Shown: positions 1 to 15,986 of the stretch, in pieces
Position numbering within the stretch: position 1 is the stretch's first letter
Layout of the letters: every line of letters starts with the position of its first letter
Position numbers and translations under genes: made by a program
The notes under the pieces: generated by a model
Seen by the model: only the letters and a program-made list of their open reading frames with translations
What the model was told of the DNA's origin: nothing
Database searches by the model: none
Assembly (NCBI RefSeq): GCF_009914755.1
Contig: NC_060927.1
DNA from: the human T2T-CHM13v2.0 reference genome, Homo sapiens
Direction: 5' to 3' (one strand)
Length of the DNA: 64,000 nt

Positions 1-670
1 TTCATTTGATTATAAAACAAAACTATATACCTACTTGCACTTCTGTAGCTGGTCATCTACTGATAAAAACTAAAAGGCAGACTGAAGGCGGACATACCAG
101 ACGCTGAGCTCTCTTCACTGCAGTTCTTCATGACTAGAAGCACATTACTGATAACCACTTCAACCTGACTCCATCGAATACACTGGTAATGTCTGTTCAT
201 AAATGGCACTGGGCATAAGGTACATAGGAAGGAATGGCCCAGTTACCTTTATCTGAGTCAACAAAGAAACTGCACTGTAATATTCATTAGCCATTACAGA
301 CCTAATGTGAAACTGCTACAATGAAACAAAAAAATGAATGAATGAGCTATATGTTACATGGTAGTACAGGTCAGAGCTTTAATGTTATACATAAAGGTTA
401 GTTTGTGCCTACTGTGATCACGTTTTCTAAATTAAAAAATAATAGTATATGGTTCTGACTTGTGATTTTACAAATATAACATTTGAAGTAATAATCATCT
501 CAAAAAACAAATGGTATGGTACAAGGCCTGTATTTCTAAGGAGATGGAAAATCCCATTGAAAAAGTTAGGGGGAAAAAATGGAGGGAGGGAGGGTGCAAG
601 AGAGATAAGGAGATCCTTCATAAACCAAACTCTTGAAGCCTACATGTATTATCCTTCTTATATATCATCC

Positions 671-1217
671 TGGTTAATATTGTCAACTTGATTGGATTGA
701 AGGATACAAAGTATTGTTCCTGGATATAATTGTGAGAGTATGCCAAAGGAGATTAACATTTGAGTCAGTGGACTAGAAGAGGTAGATCCACCCTCAATCT
801 GGGTGGGAACCGCCTAATCAGCTGCCAGCACAGCTAGGATAAAGCAGGCAGAAGAACATAGAAAAGACTAGATTTGCTGAGTCTTCCAGCCTTCATCTTT
901 CTCTCGTGCTGGATGCTTCCTGCCCTCGAACATCAGATTCCAAGTTCTTCAGCTTTTGGACTCTTGGACTTACACCAGTGGTTTACCAGGGGTTCTCGGG
1001 CCTTTGGCCACAGATGGAAAGCTGCACTGTTGGCTTCCCGCCTTTTGAGGTTTTGGGACTTGGACTGATCCACCAGTGGCTTCCTTGCCCCTCAACTTGC
1101 AGACAGCCTATTGTGGGTCTTTACTTTGTGATTGTGTGAGTCAATTCCCCCTAATAAGCTCCTTTTCATATATACATATATCCTATTAGTTACGTCCCTC
1201 AAGAGAACCCTAATACA
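671..1217 (+). mobile_element. MLT2A solo LTR (HERV-L; length fits MLT2A2)
   Basis: TGGTTAATATTGTCAACTTGATTGGATTGAAGGA...GAGATTAACATTTGAGTCAGTGGACT...GAGAACCCTAATACA matches MLT2A ends and body. Confidence 0.88.
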
Positions 1218-3320
1218 GATTTTATATATTTCCTTCTTATATATCACCTTTCTTAAAAATGGAGACAGTATGCAACATCGGTTATTTTTAAATAAATTTT
1301 TAAAAAGTAATAATATTCAGAATCACTATCTAGAAAGTTACTCATTTTAGTAACAAGGACATTTTGATTTTGCAATTCCAGTTAAGTCGTTCAATTATAA
1401 GATGCAACTGTTTCATAGCTTCCAACAGTCAAGTACAATATAAATGGAGAAGTTACAGAGCTCTTAGACATGTAATAGTTAAACCTAGTATCAAGAATTC
1501 TTTCCCTAAAGCAAATATACAACTGAAGCTGGATAAAATGACATCTTCTTATAGAAAACAGGTTGTCTTATAAGAAAACCAGGTGTCAGAAAGTTCAAAA
1601 ATAACTGCCAGAAACTATTCAAACCACAACTGCAAATAACTAAAGAAGTCAATGGTGACGCAAAAGGTGGGGGAGAGATTAAAAAGGTCCAAACCAGCTT
1701 AGTGCCTCTAAAATTAACACTGTATCAGGTTCTACTATATGCAACTTGGCATGTACCACTAAGTATTTATCTGCATATGGTTGCTAGATAAGTTATTAGG
1801 GCAATGAAATTAATGCCCCTGGGCAAACACTAATTAAAGGAACAATACTTTTGAATCAAGTTAATCGTTACTTACAGTATTATATATTAAATACGCTCAG
1901 TTTTCAAGTCATCTCTAAAGAGAAAAAAATCATTTTATTCCCTAGGAAATATTTGTTGAATAGGGAAGTCCACTTCATAAAAAGGCAGAATGGTGAGGAC
2001 CAAAGTAATTTGCGTAGGGTGAACTTTCTAGTGATAAAATTGCAAAAAATAAAAGTTACAATAGTTAATAAAAACCCTACAATAAATATATTTTTCTTTA
2101 ATTAGTTTTGATGAGTCTGAGGGATGGCTTATTTAAAACAGAGATGTCCATCAAATATTTGAGGCTGAATATCACAATGTAAATCCCTTCTCCACAGCAA
2201 CGTATTTTATAGGTGAGAAAAATGAATCTGAGAATTTATGTAATTTTGGAGGTGGGAAACTTTCAACAGATAGTATCTTATAGTATTGACAACAGTAAAA
2301 AATATTTAAGCCTAAAACAATTTAAGTGATTTTCCCCCTGCAGATAGATAACACAGTCAACACTGAACAATATGCAGAGAACAAATGTTAAAAGTTCTTA
2401 CATAAAAAAAGTATTACTAAACCACATATTTATCAAAACATAAAAACTTTCATAATGTGTTTTTGGACAGTCTTTGATAATGAGACAGGCCAGGCGGAAA
2501 TTTTAGTTTTGCTTTTTGGAAGTCTTCACAAACCAGTCCTTTGAATGTCCCTGCACAAATACTTCCTTTGCCACGATGTTCCTTTTCTGCTGTCTCCTAA
2601 TCCAATTCAGTGCTCTATTGCAGGGAAAGCAGCAGTATAAAGATTCCAGTTTCTTCGGTATTACTTTAGATCTTTCAAGAAACATAGTTATAACCTAAGA
2701 GTAATTTATATCGCATTTCTTAGATACTGAATGACTAATTCTCAATAAGTATCATTTGTAGGTTGTGGTGATAAATATGATGAATCCCCAAAACAACCCA
2801 GACATTACTGTACTTGGTGATTCTGAATTAGGACCTATTGCAAAAGTAGCCACATTTAAGTATAATTGGAGATCAGAACCAAAAAAAAGCTTTGGAATAA
2901 GTGGCAAGTGCCCAGATCTAAAGCTACTATGGGCATTTGTTATGAGTGAGATTCTGAGTTCTATCTGAACCCTGTCCTGAGTTCACAGAACTATAACATT
3001 CTCAAACTCTCTTCCATATCCTATTTCTGGATGCAATTTCAAATAAATATCTCATGGCACCCTTTAAGACATAAAAACGCCTCATTATTTCTGCTATCTC
3101 ATTATTCCGCCTGACCCACAAACACAAATATACACTTTCAGTGGCAGCCCCTCTTTAGGATATGCTCTCATAGCCCAAACCTCAGCAGATGTACATGTAT
3201 TCCATGTTTTCTACTTTATCTTGAATACTCAGCATAATTTTTCTGTCAAGATATTGTGAATATGCTAAATGCTTGCCAATTGTCTTGTCAAGTTCTAATT
3301 GTCCTACAACTAATATAGAC

Positions 3321-3440
3321 CAGTGGCTTTCAAACTTTATTAAGCCAAAAGAATCACCTGGGGCATTTGTAAAATGCAGATTCCCAGGCCCCACTCAGTG
3401 TGACTCTGATGCAGGTAGTCAGAGGCTCAAACTTCAGAAT
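3321..3440. mobile_element. MER5-like hAT-Charlie MITE
   Basis: CAGTGGCTTTCAAACT...GAATCACCTGGGG...AAAATGCAGATTCCCAGGCCCCAC. Confidence 0.7.
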
Positions 3441-3828
3441 TCTTAACATAAGCAGTTCTTAAATTTATGGCAAGTTGCAGTCCTGGGAAAACTGCCATAA
3501 GTCAAAATGTCATCAGTTGAGTCTGATCTTTCCCTATAAATCATAATGTAAACAGGAAGTTACAATTTTTACCAAGGGACTGATTTTCACATTTTTAGAG
3601 ATGTGATTTAGCATCACCACTACACTGTAAAGTCTAAAACTTTCTAAAGAATACACAAAGGACACCTAAGAACATACTAAACAATTATGGAGAACTTGAT
3701 ATATCAGTCTACCATACAAATTTTTTTTTAATTCTTGGTTTATTTTTATTTCAACATAAAACACCTTAAAACATGGAATTTTGAAGGGTTTTTTCTCTAA
3801 GAAGAAAAGCAAGTTTAAGAAGACTTTT

Positions 3829-4108
3829 GGGCCGGGTGTAATGCCTGTAATCCCAGCACTTTGGGAAGCCAAGGCGGGCGGATCACCTAAGGTCGGGAGT
3901 TTGGGATCAGCCTGACCAACATGGAGAAATGCCAACTCTACTAAAAATACAAAATTAGCCAGGCATGGTGGTGCATGCCTAGAATCCCAGCTACTTGGGA
4001 GGCTGAGGCAGGAGAATCGCTTGAACCCGCCGCCGAGATCACGCCACTGCACTCCAGCCTGAGCAACAAGAGCAAAACTCCGTCTCAAAAAACAAACAAA
4101 CAAAAAAA
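3829..4108 (+). mobile_element. AluS (Sp-like) with small internal deletions
   Basis: Dimeric Alu with GTCGGGAGTT and CCAACATGGAGAAA diagnostics and an A-rich tail. Confidence 0.93.
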
Positions 4109-5889
4109 CCCACAACTTTTGATAATATTTAATCTACTCGTTCAGAAATTAACCGAGAATATTATTTTACTGCTCCTTTTTACTGTTTTCTTACAGTAAC
4201 ATCAAGTATCAATTTGTGGACTTTTGTTTAGAAAAAGAAAAATATTACTGCTCTCATTAACACCACTGAACGACAAGGTAGTGCTGAGCTATTCAACTGT
4301 TTCTAACTTCCAAAAGCAGTAATTTTATATGGCTCAACCTAAATAGTTGTCTTTACCATACACCAACAAGCCTTTACAATATATTTCCCATCTACTGATC
4401 CTTCACAATGGTTTTTGCTCCAGTGTCCAAAAGTCTCAAAGCTCTGGCTTAAAAGGTGATTAAATTTAAAAGCAGAAAGAAGAGTTTGCTTTAACCCAAC
4501 AAATTTTTTCCATTTGGGTTGAAAGTGCTACACAACTTTCAAACACAAGTATTTGAAATTGTTAAACTTGTTTACAAGTTACATACGTAACAATCACTAG
4601 TCACTACTTTTTCACTTTATTAATCATTTTATCTTATTCAAAACATTCTTTAGATCTGCCTTCAGTACCAGTCTACCAGTTTAAACAAAGAAAACAAAAC
4701 AAGAGCTATTAACTTCAAAGCTTCATTATAAATTATTCTCTGTGGGCTTGGATACTAATCTCTCTTTCCCTCCCTGTCCTTCTGGACATCACTTTCACAG
4801 CTGTTACACCTCAGAGAGGGGCAGTGATGGTGCTTGGGAATAGAAAACCCCTACCCCCAAAAAATGCTCAGCACTGAAGAACAGCTGGGAACATCTCAGC
4901 AAGCAACAGGCTCTCAGACCGAAAGCCATGTTTGTATTCCTTGCATAGGAAAGGACAACTAACTATGCCATACAAGAAGAATGATTCAAGTCTCAAAACC
5001 ATAAACTGGGGGCTCAATATTCTACAAGCTTAGACCTCTACTTTATCCTTCCATCCTCCCTCACACTTGACTACCAAAATTATCTTTTTTATGGGGCACC
5101 TCACCTTACTGCTAAAACATTACAGTAACTTTAAGGTATAATTTCTAAAATTCAATCTCTAGACCATGACATTTAAAATCACCAAATGCTTTCATTTTTT
5201 AGTAGCAATCGGCATTTCCATTGCAATTAATCTTTCTCACCATCCTATACCTCCACCCATACCCAACCATGTTCCCTCTTCTACTTTTAAATTTTTGCTT
5301 AATCCATCCACATTTCCCCTTGCAGTATTCCTTCTGTTTTATCTATCAATAAAACTTGGAAGATCACTGATTGATTTAATATTAGTTGCAAATGGCTTTC
5401 AATGATTTCTATTTATAATTACTCCCATTACAATAATAACAATTCAGATCAAGGATACACTTAATTCAAATAATAATTTTGAAAGCATTCTAGGAAAATA
5501 CTGTTAATTTAATTTCCAAAATACTAACTACAATTAGGACCAACAACATTTAATTGAGAATTCTGGATATACATTATCAAACTGATGGTGGCTAAAAGTT
5601 TTTATGTTCCTACTACATATGCAATAATCTCACCTCATAACAGATTATAAAAATGGTCTTTGAACAACGAAAGCCAAACTGTTACAAATAATTGCCTTGT
5701 TTGCAACATATTTGAAAGAGTCAGAGAGTTAAACCATGCAGTAAAACATAGCTTTAAAATGGCAGTCCAGACATTAAGAAAACATACAAAGTTCAACGGT
5801 TTGGACTGATACAAATTTCAAATGCATAAAAGATTATTTTGAGAATATTAAAATAATTTGAGGCCTATTTACTTTATAAAAGTACTCAC

Positions 5890-5947
5890 CTGACTCTTGC
5901 AAGTATCTATATACCAAGAAGTTGACCTCATCACTGCTTATACTCAT
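5890..5947 (-). CDS. TBL1XR1: First coding segment of TBL1XR1 (19 codons + 1 nt; N-terminal LisH region)
   Basis: Reverse complement reads ATG AGT ATA AGC AGT GAT GAG GTC AAC TTC TTG GTA TAT AGA TAC TTG CAA GAG TCA G = MSISSDEVNFLVYRYLQES(G), the TBL1XR1 N-terminus, followed by the consensus donor CAG|gtgagt (phase 1). Confidence 0.97.
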
Positions 5948-5992
5948 CTTTATTCCCACTTAAACCATGAGGTCACAACACAGGATATAACC
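5890..5992 (-). other. TBL1XR1: TBL1XR1 start-codon exon, 103 nt (45 nt 5'UTR + 58 nt CDS)
   Basis: Acceptor ttttgttttatttttag|GGTTATATCC at 5993-5994; donor at 5888-5889. Confidence 0.95.
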
Positions 5993-6686
5993 CTAAAAAT
6001 AAAACAAAGTTAATTATTTTCTCAGTAAAATATTTTTAAACAAGATGTAAACAATGTTGTAAAAACCATTTGATTTTATTAAATGATGTAAAACGAAGGT
6101 TCTACATTGCCTAATAATAAAACCTGACAAAGTTGCTTCCAATAGTTAGGAAAATGATTATACAACCAAAACATGGCTGGTGTTATTTTTCTTCAAAGTA
6201 ACATACTGGCAAAAATAAAACAAAATTTTTTAGAGGGCTTTAGCATAATATTTTAATGATTTTATCAAATAGCATAAAATGTTGCTCACTTTTTCTCCTT
6301 AACTGTAAAAAGAAGTAAATTTTAAAAATAAAAAATATTAGTTATTTGCAAGAAGGCTGATTTAGTTAAAAAAGAATATCAGTTACTTGGGAAAAGACCA
6401 TTGGGTGGGGTAGAACCATGAGTTATCCACTCCAGTTTTATCTATGAAACTTGGCAGGATATGAAGTCTCTATTTTCTCACCATCTCATCTGTAATGTTC
6501 AAGTCTCAAAAAGCTCTAGGTATGTATGAGATAGGCTGGAATACAGTTCCCAAAACTCAAATGATGCTTTCTTACTGGACATACTTAAACCTTAACACGA
6601 AGTGGGGGAAAAAAGAAAACTGAGGCATGACTCAAATATATCTAATTATACTTATTTGTCCTCATGTCACAGAAATGACTGAAAGG

Positions 6687-7017
6687 AGAGGTCAGGAAAC
6701 TTTTATATAAAGAGCCAAACAATAAATATTTCAGGCTTTATCAGCCATACAGCCTGTTACAATTACTCAATTCTGCTGTGTGGTGCAAAAGCAGCAACAC
6801 ACAATATGTAAACAAACGAGTGTGGCTGTGTTCCAATAAACTCAACTTATGGACACTGAAATTTGAATTTCATAATATCATTGTATCATAAAGTATTATT
6901 CTTCTGATTTTTTTTTCCTAAGCACTTATAAAAATGTAAAGACCTTTCTTTGCTTGTGATTCTTATAAAAGGAAAGCGAGCTAGATTTGGTCCACAGAGT
7001 GTAGTTTGCCAATTCCT
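6687..7017 (+). mobile_element. MER58B hAT-Charlie element
   Basis: GGCTGTGTTCCAATAAA...GGACACTGAAATTTGAATTTCATA...GTAGTTTGCC match MER58B. Confidence 0.8.
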
Positions 7018-7139
7018 CTTTAAAAATGATATATTCACATCTATTCAGCATAAAGAAATATCTAACGTGGAACTATGCTGGTTGTCCTGCCACATCATGG
7101 ATTTCTTTATGATACAGTTAGCAGATTTTTTAAAAAAAT

Positions 7140-7840
7140 CAAAAATTAACAAGCATTTGAGTAGGCTACCAGGTGACAAACTGCTACTGCCCTACATTGA
7201 GGACAAAGTGGTGACTAAGTACCACCCATCAAGCTTGTCATAGGGAGAAAGACAAATGGGAGGCAATGACAATTTTCTAGTGGACACACACAGAAGAAGC
7301 CCTAACTAAAGTTAGCAGTCTAGGAACACATTTAGAAGGAGTGTCCTTGGTATTCAGACTAAAGGAGGGGCACGAAAACAAGGGTGCTTGGGGAAGGGAG
7401 GGAGTGAACAGAAGCATCCCATGAGCTGCAGCAGGTGTGGAAGGAATGAGTGAGGACAGAGACGAGTAAGGCTTGAAATGCAGGCAGAAACTATATTCAG
7501 GAGGACCTTCAAGGCAGCACTAAGAGAAAACAAATCCATTAAACAGTTTCAGGAAGAGCAGGGAAAAGCACAGACTATAAAGAAGCTAGATTGGAGTAAG
7601 AGGAATTAGGGAGCCAAATTAGGAAAATATTGCAGTAACTCAGGAGAAGACTAAATCCTGGACTGTCACAGAGGAACACTGGGGTTCCAAAAATATTTAG
7701 AAGGTAGACTCAATGGTAACTGACTGGATGCATAGTTGAGGCATAGTTGAGGAAAAGGAAAGAATCAAAGGTTTCTCTCTGGACAACTGAACGGTTGGTA
7801 CTGTCAATTACTGAGATGGGAAACCACAGAGGAAGAGTGA
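7140..7840 (-). mobile_element. Old L2 fragment
   Basis: Purine-rich degenerate L2-like segments, e.g. ACTGAGATGGGAAACCACAGAGGAAGAG. Confidence 0.55.
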
Positions 7841-10381
7841 CAATTACAATATCTTCATCTAAAGAAAAGGTACCCTCTTCACCAAAAAAATTAATTCAAA
7901 GAGTACAATTAACTTTATATAACCTGAATGTTTATTACATGCTTAATGGAATAAGTCAAATACTCTTTTGAGGATACTGGCCCAGGGCACTGGTCTAGAT
8001 GTACTATAGTACACTAGATGGTAAATGTTCTGGCAGGACACCTTCCTCAACTTTAGCCTAACCACCAGTAAGGTGCGGTATTGTGCTCGGCACACATAGC
8101 AGGCACAGTCAATTCTGAAGGCATGCTAAATTGAATGACTTTAAAAACAAAACATCCAACCCCATCCATGATAAAATTATAAGAAATTAAATCATAATTT
8201 GATCAATCATGAATATGTTTGTCACGGGGAACAATTAGCAACTATTTTATTTTTAGGATTTCCCAAAATGAGATGGGCTAGGTGGAATCCAACTGAGACA
8301 GACTGACAAAGAAACAGTAAATTTTCTTTTCCCCTAATATCATTCAGTCCAAAACTTGGATGAAAGTATCCAACCTGCAAAGGTTTTTCACAATGCTCAT
8401 TCTGATTAGCAAAGGCCATCAATTTCCCAGCTGAAACTAGTAACAAGTGATGCTTCCAGCACCACCTAATGCATTCCAGGGCAAAGAAAAATACAAATCA
8501 AAATGATATAAATTATTGCTTTTAAAAATTCCTGCAATAAATATATATTGCTGGTATATTTTTAAGTCATAATAAAAAATACCAAATAAGAGCAGGAAAG
8601 TTATCTGTCCAAACTGCTATAAACTGATTATTTAATTGATCATAGTGCTATATTAGTTCCCGGCAATTAAGTTTTTTTTTTAAAGGAAAAAGACCTTGAA
8701 AGGCTTACTTCTAAAACAACTTAAAAGCCTATGTGCCAAAGAGTGAAATTAGAGAAAATGCCACTACTTCATGAGTGGACTTAATAAGGCTTTGCAGAAC
8801 TTAGAACTTGTCCATTATGGTTTATTTATATAGCCAAATGAACGCTCTAGGATGTGATGTAGTCTTCCCCTGCCCGCATGAGTACTAAATACTAGGAATC
8901 AGATCTCAAAGAGTACACAAGAAGACTTACCACTATAGTTCCTCCATTCTGGTATCTTTTAGAACAACTGTCTTTAAACTAGGTCACAAAACAGCACTGA
9001 GACACTCATCCAGTCTTTACACTTCACCACCCAGGTATCAGGCCTGATGAAGAGTATATCATGCATAAATGAAGTCCTGCCCTCAAAGAGCTTATGGCTT
9101 ATTAAATAAACAGGATATTCAAAATAGACACTTCCTAAATTCACAAAGGATTTATTTGTATATTCTACCTGATCATATTTACTCATTCTTAAATATTAAC
9201 TGAGATCCTCCCAAAAATTAGATCTTTGTAACTTTCCTCCTCTCAGAAATCACTTGTATACTCATAAAAGCTTTTATTTAAAATTCCAATCACTTATAGG
9301 CAATCAACTACTTAATTCAAACCATAGCTATATTAATGTAGCCAAAAGCAAATCCAAAATTAGTCTTAATATTTAGCCAATTGGTGGCTATATTCAAAAG
9401 TTCGCTTAATATTGTAAATGTTCACCATGAAATATCATTTTACTGCATAACTTTGTAGCCAATAATTCAGCAAATATTACAAAAACACAGGACTAGTGAG
9501 GCAATCCAGCTACGACTATTCAGTGAGCTGAATATGTACAGCATTTTCAGCATCACAAAACTCAGTTCAGCATATACTCGCTGGACAACTACTGCTCCAA
9601 ATATTTAATCCTCTCCTAGTTCTCCTACACATCAAAGTACTACTTTAAATGTCACCCTCAATCAAGACAGACAGCATATTCTTTTCTGATTCCATTCTTG
9701 AAGCCAGGGCCCAACTGTGATCCTCGATTACATAATTTTAAATCTAGATGACTGAAAAAAACAGTGAAAGAGTTATGGACACAAAGAAAGAAATAAGATT
9801 ATCTTCTTAAATCTCCTAGCTATAGCACATTTTTAAGAGATCTGGACACTCTTTGCATGATCTAAAGTCAAATGTGTAATCGAAATTACTTTATCTTACA
9901 AACATAACTTAGTCCAAAACTAAAGTATAATTATAACTTAGATGTGACGAACTTAAATTACTTTTCCTTCTCTCTTTCATTGGAATCCAGAGCTCGGATG
10001 TAAATTAAAAATAACATCTTGGATGGCCTATATGATTTTAGACAAGTGATGCAAATTTTCTGGGTCTCTGTGTCATCTATAAAATGAGAAAATGGAATCA
10101 GACAGTCTCCTCTACTTCTAAACTTCAAAGACGTGAGTCAGTATATGTCACAGAGTTGTATATAGGAACCTTGCAAGCTACCTGAGAGTATGAGGTCATA
10201 AAGCAATTTTTAAGAAAGCATTTTTATAGGCCTAAAAAATGTATTAGAAGACCAAAATCAGGGTCAGATCTCAGACAGACATCTCCAGGAATCAGGAAAA
10301 GGGAAAACAATAAGCTCATCTCATTAAGAAATATTTCAGTACCTACTGCACATGATGTTTATTAAGACTTATCAACCTTTA

Positions 10382-10836
<455 letters not shown>

Positions 10837-10896
10837 TCAATTATTCATTAGTTAACTGAGACTTCTAGTATCAAACTGGTTTCAACTGTGATCTAA

Positions 10897-11000
10897 GCCA
10901 GGGATCTGCAAACTACAGCCTGTATGTCAAATTCAACCTGTCACCTATATTTGTATAGCCCACAGGTAAGAATGGTTTTCACAAAATGCTTTTTTAAAAA
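10897..11000 (-). mobile_element. MER58-like end fragment
   Basis: CAGGGATCTGCAAACTACAGCC...TAAGAATGGTTTT. Confidence 0.6.
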
Positions 11001-11532
11001 ACAGAATATTTGTTGTTTATTTGATGATAGGGAACACTGACTCATAATCTCAATTAAGCAATTTTTTAAAAGTCTCAGCAAAGCTCTTGAGGCTTGAAAG
11101 CAGTAAACTAGCATCCATTATATGATGAGTCACTTTGATTTAAGTCCAAGAGTCATTAGCTACAAATTTATTTCTTTTTATACCCAAAAGACCTCTGATG
11201 AGCTGCCTCATTGCCCACAGACATTGACTTCAACTTCCTAAATGTATAAAAGTGATTATTTACACAGATTATAACTAAGATCCTTCTAAAACATAAAAAT
11301 ACATATCCTAGGAAATAATAAATATGTATGGAATAACTGAATAAATTACAGTCAAGGTATATCAACAGGGGAACAAAGAAGGACAAGAAATGAAAATGCT
11401 AAGAGATAAGAAGATAGGTCATACTTCTGGTACATATTTTCAATAACTAAGCAGTAATCAGTCACAGAACTTAAGGTAAAGCAATGTCAGTCTGGCAAAG
11501 AATTAGAAAGTCAGACACGAAAAATAAAAATT

Positions 11533-11843
11533 GGCCAGGTGCGGTGGCTCACATCTGTAATCCTAGCACTTTGGGGGGCCGAGGCGGGTGGATCACCTGA
11601 GGTCAGGAGTTCAGGGCCAGCCTGGCCAACGTGGCGAAACCCCATCTCTACTAAAATACAAAAATTAGCCAGCATGAGGCAGGTGCCTGTAATCCCAGTT
11701 ACTCAGGACGCTGAGATGGGAGAATCGCTTGAACCCAGGAGACGGTAGCTGCAGTGAGCTGAGATTGCACCACTGCACTCCAGCCTGGGCAGCTAAGCAA
11801 GACTCCGTCTCAAAAAAAAAATAAATAAATAAATAAAAATAAA
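11533..11843 (+). mobile_element. AluS
   Basis: Full dimeric Alu with A/(TAAA)n tail. Confidence 0.95.
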
Positions 11844-11968
11844 CTAAAATCAAGATCTGTCAAAATCTGTCTGACTAGCATAAAATACTGAGTGTGTCTG
11901 AATAGGAATCTGTATTACAATAGAAAGCTAATGAGACTTTATCAACTAAAACTAACTACTTATTCTAG

Positions 11969-12226
<258 letters not shown>

Positions 12227-13204
12227 TAAAGCTTTACAAGGACAGTTAATCACCTGAATAGATAGGAACTCTGCTTAAAACTCAAATATTATAGGAAGAA
12301 CAAAGAGAAAAGGAGGCCAGGGTAATAAATACTACCCACAGTAATGTTTATGAAACACTGTATTAGAAGAAGATGTGGTTATTCCTTGGTTCCTCATGAG
12401 GGAAAAAAATCCTACGTAACTCAGACTAGTAAGTAAATCAAAACTTGTGTCCATGGATTGGTTATACTCAGTCAATTCTCTGGAAGGGCTAGAGTAAAAA
12501 TGTCCAAAAGATTGTTCAGGAAGCAGAAATATGTGATTGATAACAGCCCAAGTATCAAAGTATAGTTTTAAAAAAAAACTGTGAAGAGATCAACATCCAT
12601 CCCCCACAGGGCAATAAATGCTCGCTCAAATCGAGTGAAGACGATGCAAACTAAATTTAGTACTCAGCTAATAGATTGACACATACAGATGTGCACTCAC
12701 ACACAACCCAGCTACTAGTAAACCCAGAAGAAAAAGGGAAAAGTATATGGAGTAAAGATAACTGACATAAATTGGAGAAGGCTTCCAACTTTTATTGAAA
12801 ACTAGGAGAAATCCACCATGAAAGTCTCATAGGTCAATTTCACAGGATGAGAGAAAACAGTTGGCAGTACTGTCATATAAAATGTACTATTTAAAAAACA
12901 GGCAAACAAAAAAGCCCCCAGGGCACATGGGCTGGGGAGAAGAGAAGTACATCACTCCATAACCACACTGAGGCCCTACCGTGTACATTCCTTATATGTG
13001 CCCTACCCAGTCAAGTTACAGATTCTAACTGCAAAGTTAACTCTTAATATTTCTTAATAGAATAGTACCTTCTTAGAAGATTCTTTCTTAAAAGACACAC
13101 AGCAATGTACTTCACTGTTAAGGCTGTTCAAGGTGTTCAAAACTTAAAATCAGATACGGTATTCTATTATACTAATGACAAAATGTGATCAACTTTTTAT
13201 TTAG

Positions 13205-14193
<989 letters not shown>

Positions 14194-15986
14194 TTGAGTC
14201 CCTCATGGCAATATTGGTGACAAATATTTTTGTCAAAGAGTTTCTCTGGAAAAACTGGAAAACAGGCTCCTTAGCCCACAGTACTGGTCATATTTTAACA
14301 CAACCTAAATCTTTAGTTTGGTTTCTGTTGTGTTCATGTTGGAATACATATTGATAAGTTTATACTTAATAAACAAAAAAGGTACTTAAAAGCCATAAAT
14401 ATCAGAGTATCAAAGCTCTAGTTTTGATATAACACATGGCATCTACTAACTCTAAAACATATTGGAGGAATGAAAATTATAAATTTTCTGAGACTACACT
14501 TCTATAAATGGACTTCTATTTGGAAAGATTCAATCATTTTACTTAAATTTAGTTTTTCTATCATGCATGTAACAAATGTTTTACTGAGTACTACACTACA
14601 CGCCTGCCACTGTTCTAGGCCCTTAACACTGTAGCAATATAGAAATCCATTAATATAAAGGAACAATACAGTGAAGAGTGGGCTTCATAGCCAAACTTAC
14701 CCCATTTGCTACCAAACTTTAGTAGAAGGTGTAGCGGAGTGTGGAAGCTGCAGTAAAGGCGCACTGCTCCCGCAACACACTGTCTTTCCTTCTGGTGGGA
14801 TTCAGCACGTTTTTGTTTGTTTTGCCCAGACTCATCACTTGTATTGTAGAAGGTGCCAAAGGGTTGCAATCCCTTTCCTTCTAACCAAAACTTGAAACTA
14901 GTCTCTCTCTTGCAGCATTTATTTCCCAAGAAAACCCATTCAGGACTCCAAACATGGGGTAGCGTTCTTTACCACATACACAGCAACAAAGAATGCAGGT
15001 CTTTGGTACTGGAGAATTGATTCATTACATACTCAACCTGTTTGCTACATAAGGAATAAAGGGAGCAGGGCTAGCTGGGCAAAAAATCTGAAATTCTTTA
15101 TAGCCAGATTTCCAAGTTATACCTGGTACAGTTTCCATACCCATCCCTGTGTACCTTGAGGATACGTAAGAAAGAACAGAGGAGATGTAGGGAGTGAAAG
15201 AGCTAGAGAATAGAGAGGCATATGTGTTTAATAATGCCAAGAAACTAGTCTACACTCACACTGCTATTCCTGACTGCATCAATAATTGCTGTGGATATAT
15301 TAGAAGATATTCAAGCATAAGATAGGGTTTTCCTTCTTTCCAAAATCCTTGCGTATGAGCCATGATCAACCTCTTTACCAACAGGAAGCCTAAGCCTAGG
15401 GAAAAATGTGAGTAAGCACAGCTCTCCCTACGCTTCTATCAACGCTTTCCCTAGATCAACCTTTTTCTTACCAACCACCTCAAAATCGGGCACTATTTCA
15501 CTAATTAACCTCTCTGCCTTGACAACTTCCTCATCCCCACCTTCTCGTGAGCCTGAAATCTGATCCCCGGCATTCTAACATCAACGGAGCCCACTGCCCT
15601 TTTCAAACAGACTTATATTCCAAGTTTTCTATGCTACCTCCCCAACCCTCACCGCCACCAAGTATATTTCGTTCCTTAAAGCCAGGTAGGTGACAGGCTG
15701 AACAACCTAATATAACAAAATGTTAATGAATAATATCTTAATGTTTTGCTTTCCAAGGAACTTACTTATATCACAATAAAGACATAAATACATTTTAACT
15801 CAATCTTTCTCAAACTTGAGTAATATTAAGTACCTTAATATTTCTGAAACATGTGAAGGTGAACACCATGCACAACACGGTTTAGGAATTTGTGGTTTAT
15901 CCATTCTGGTAATCTGTACAAAATGTAATGATGTAAGACAACAGCCCCAAAGACCACAAAGTACTCTCAAAATCCACATGTCCTTC

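Noticed and set aside
1218-1230. HERV-L internal sequence following the MLT2A LTR
   Set aside because: Only GATTTT resembles the internal start; AT-rich unique sequence follows, so it is treated as a solo LTR.
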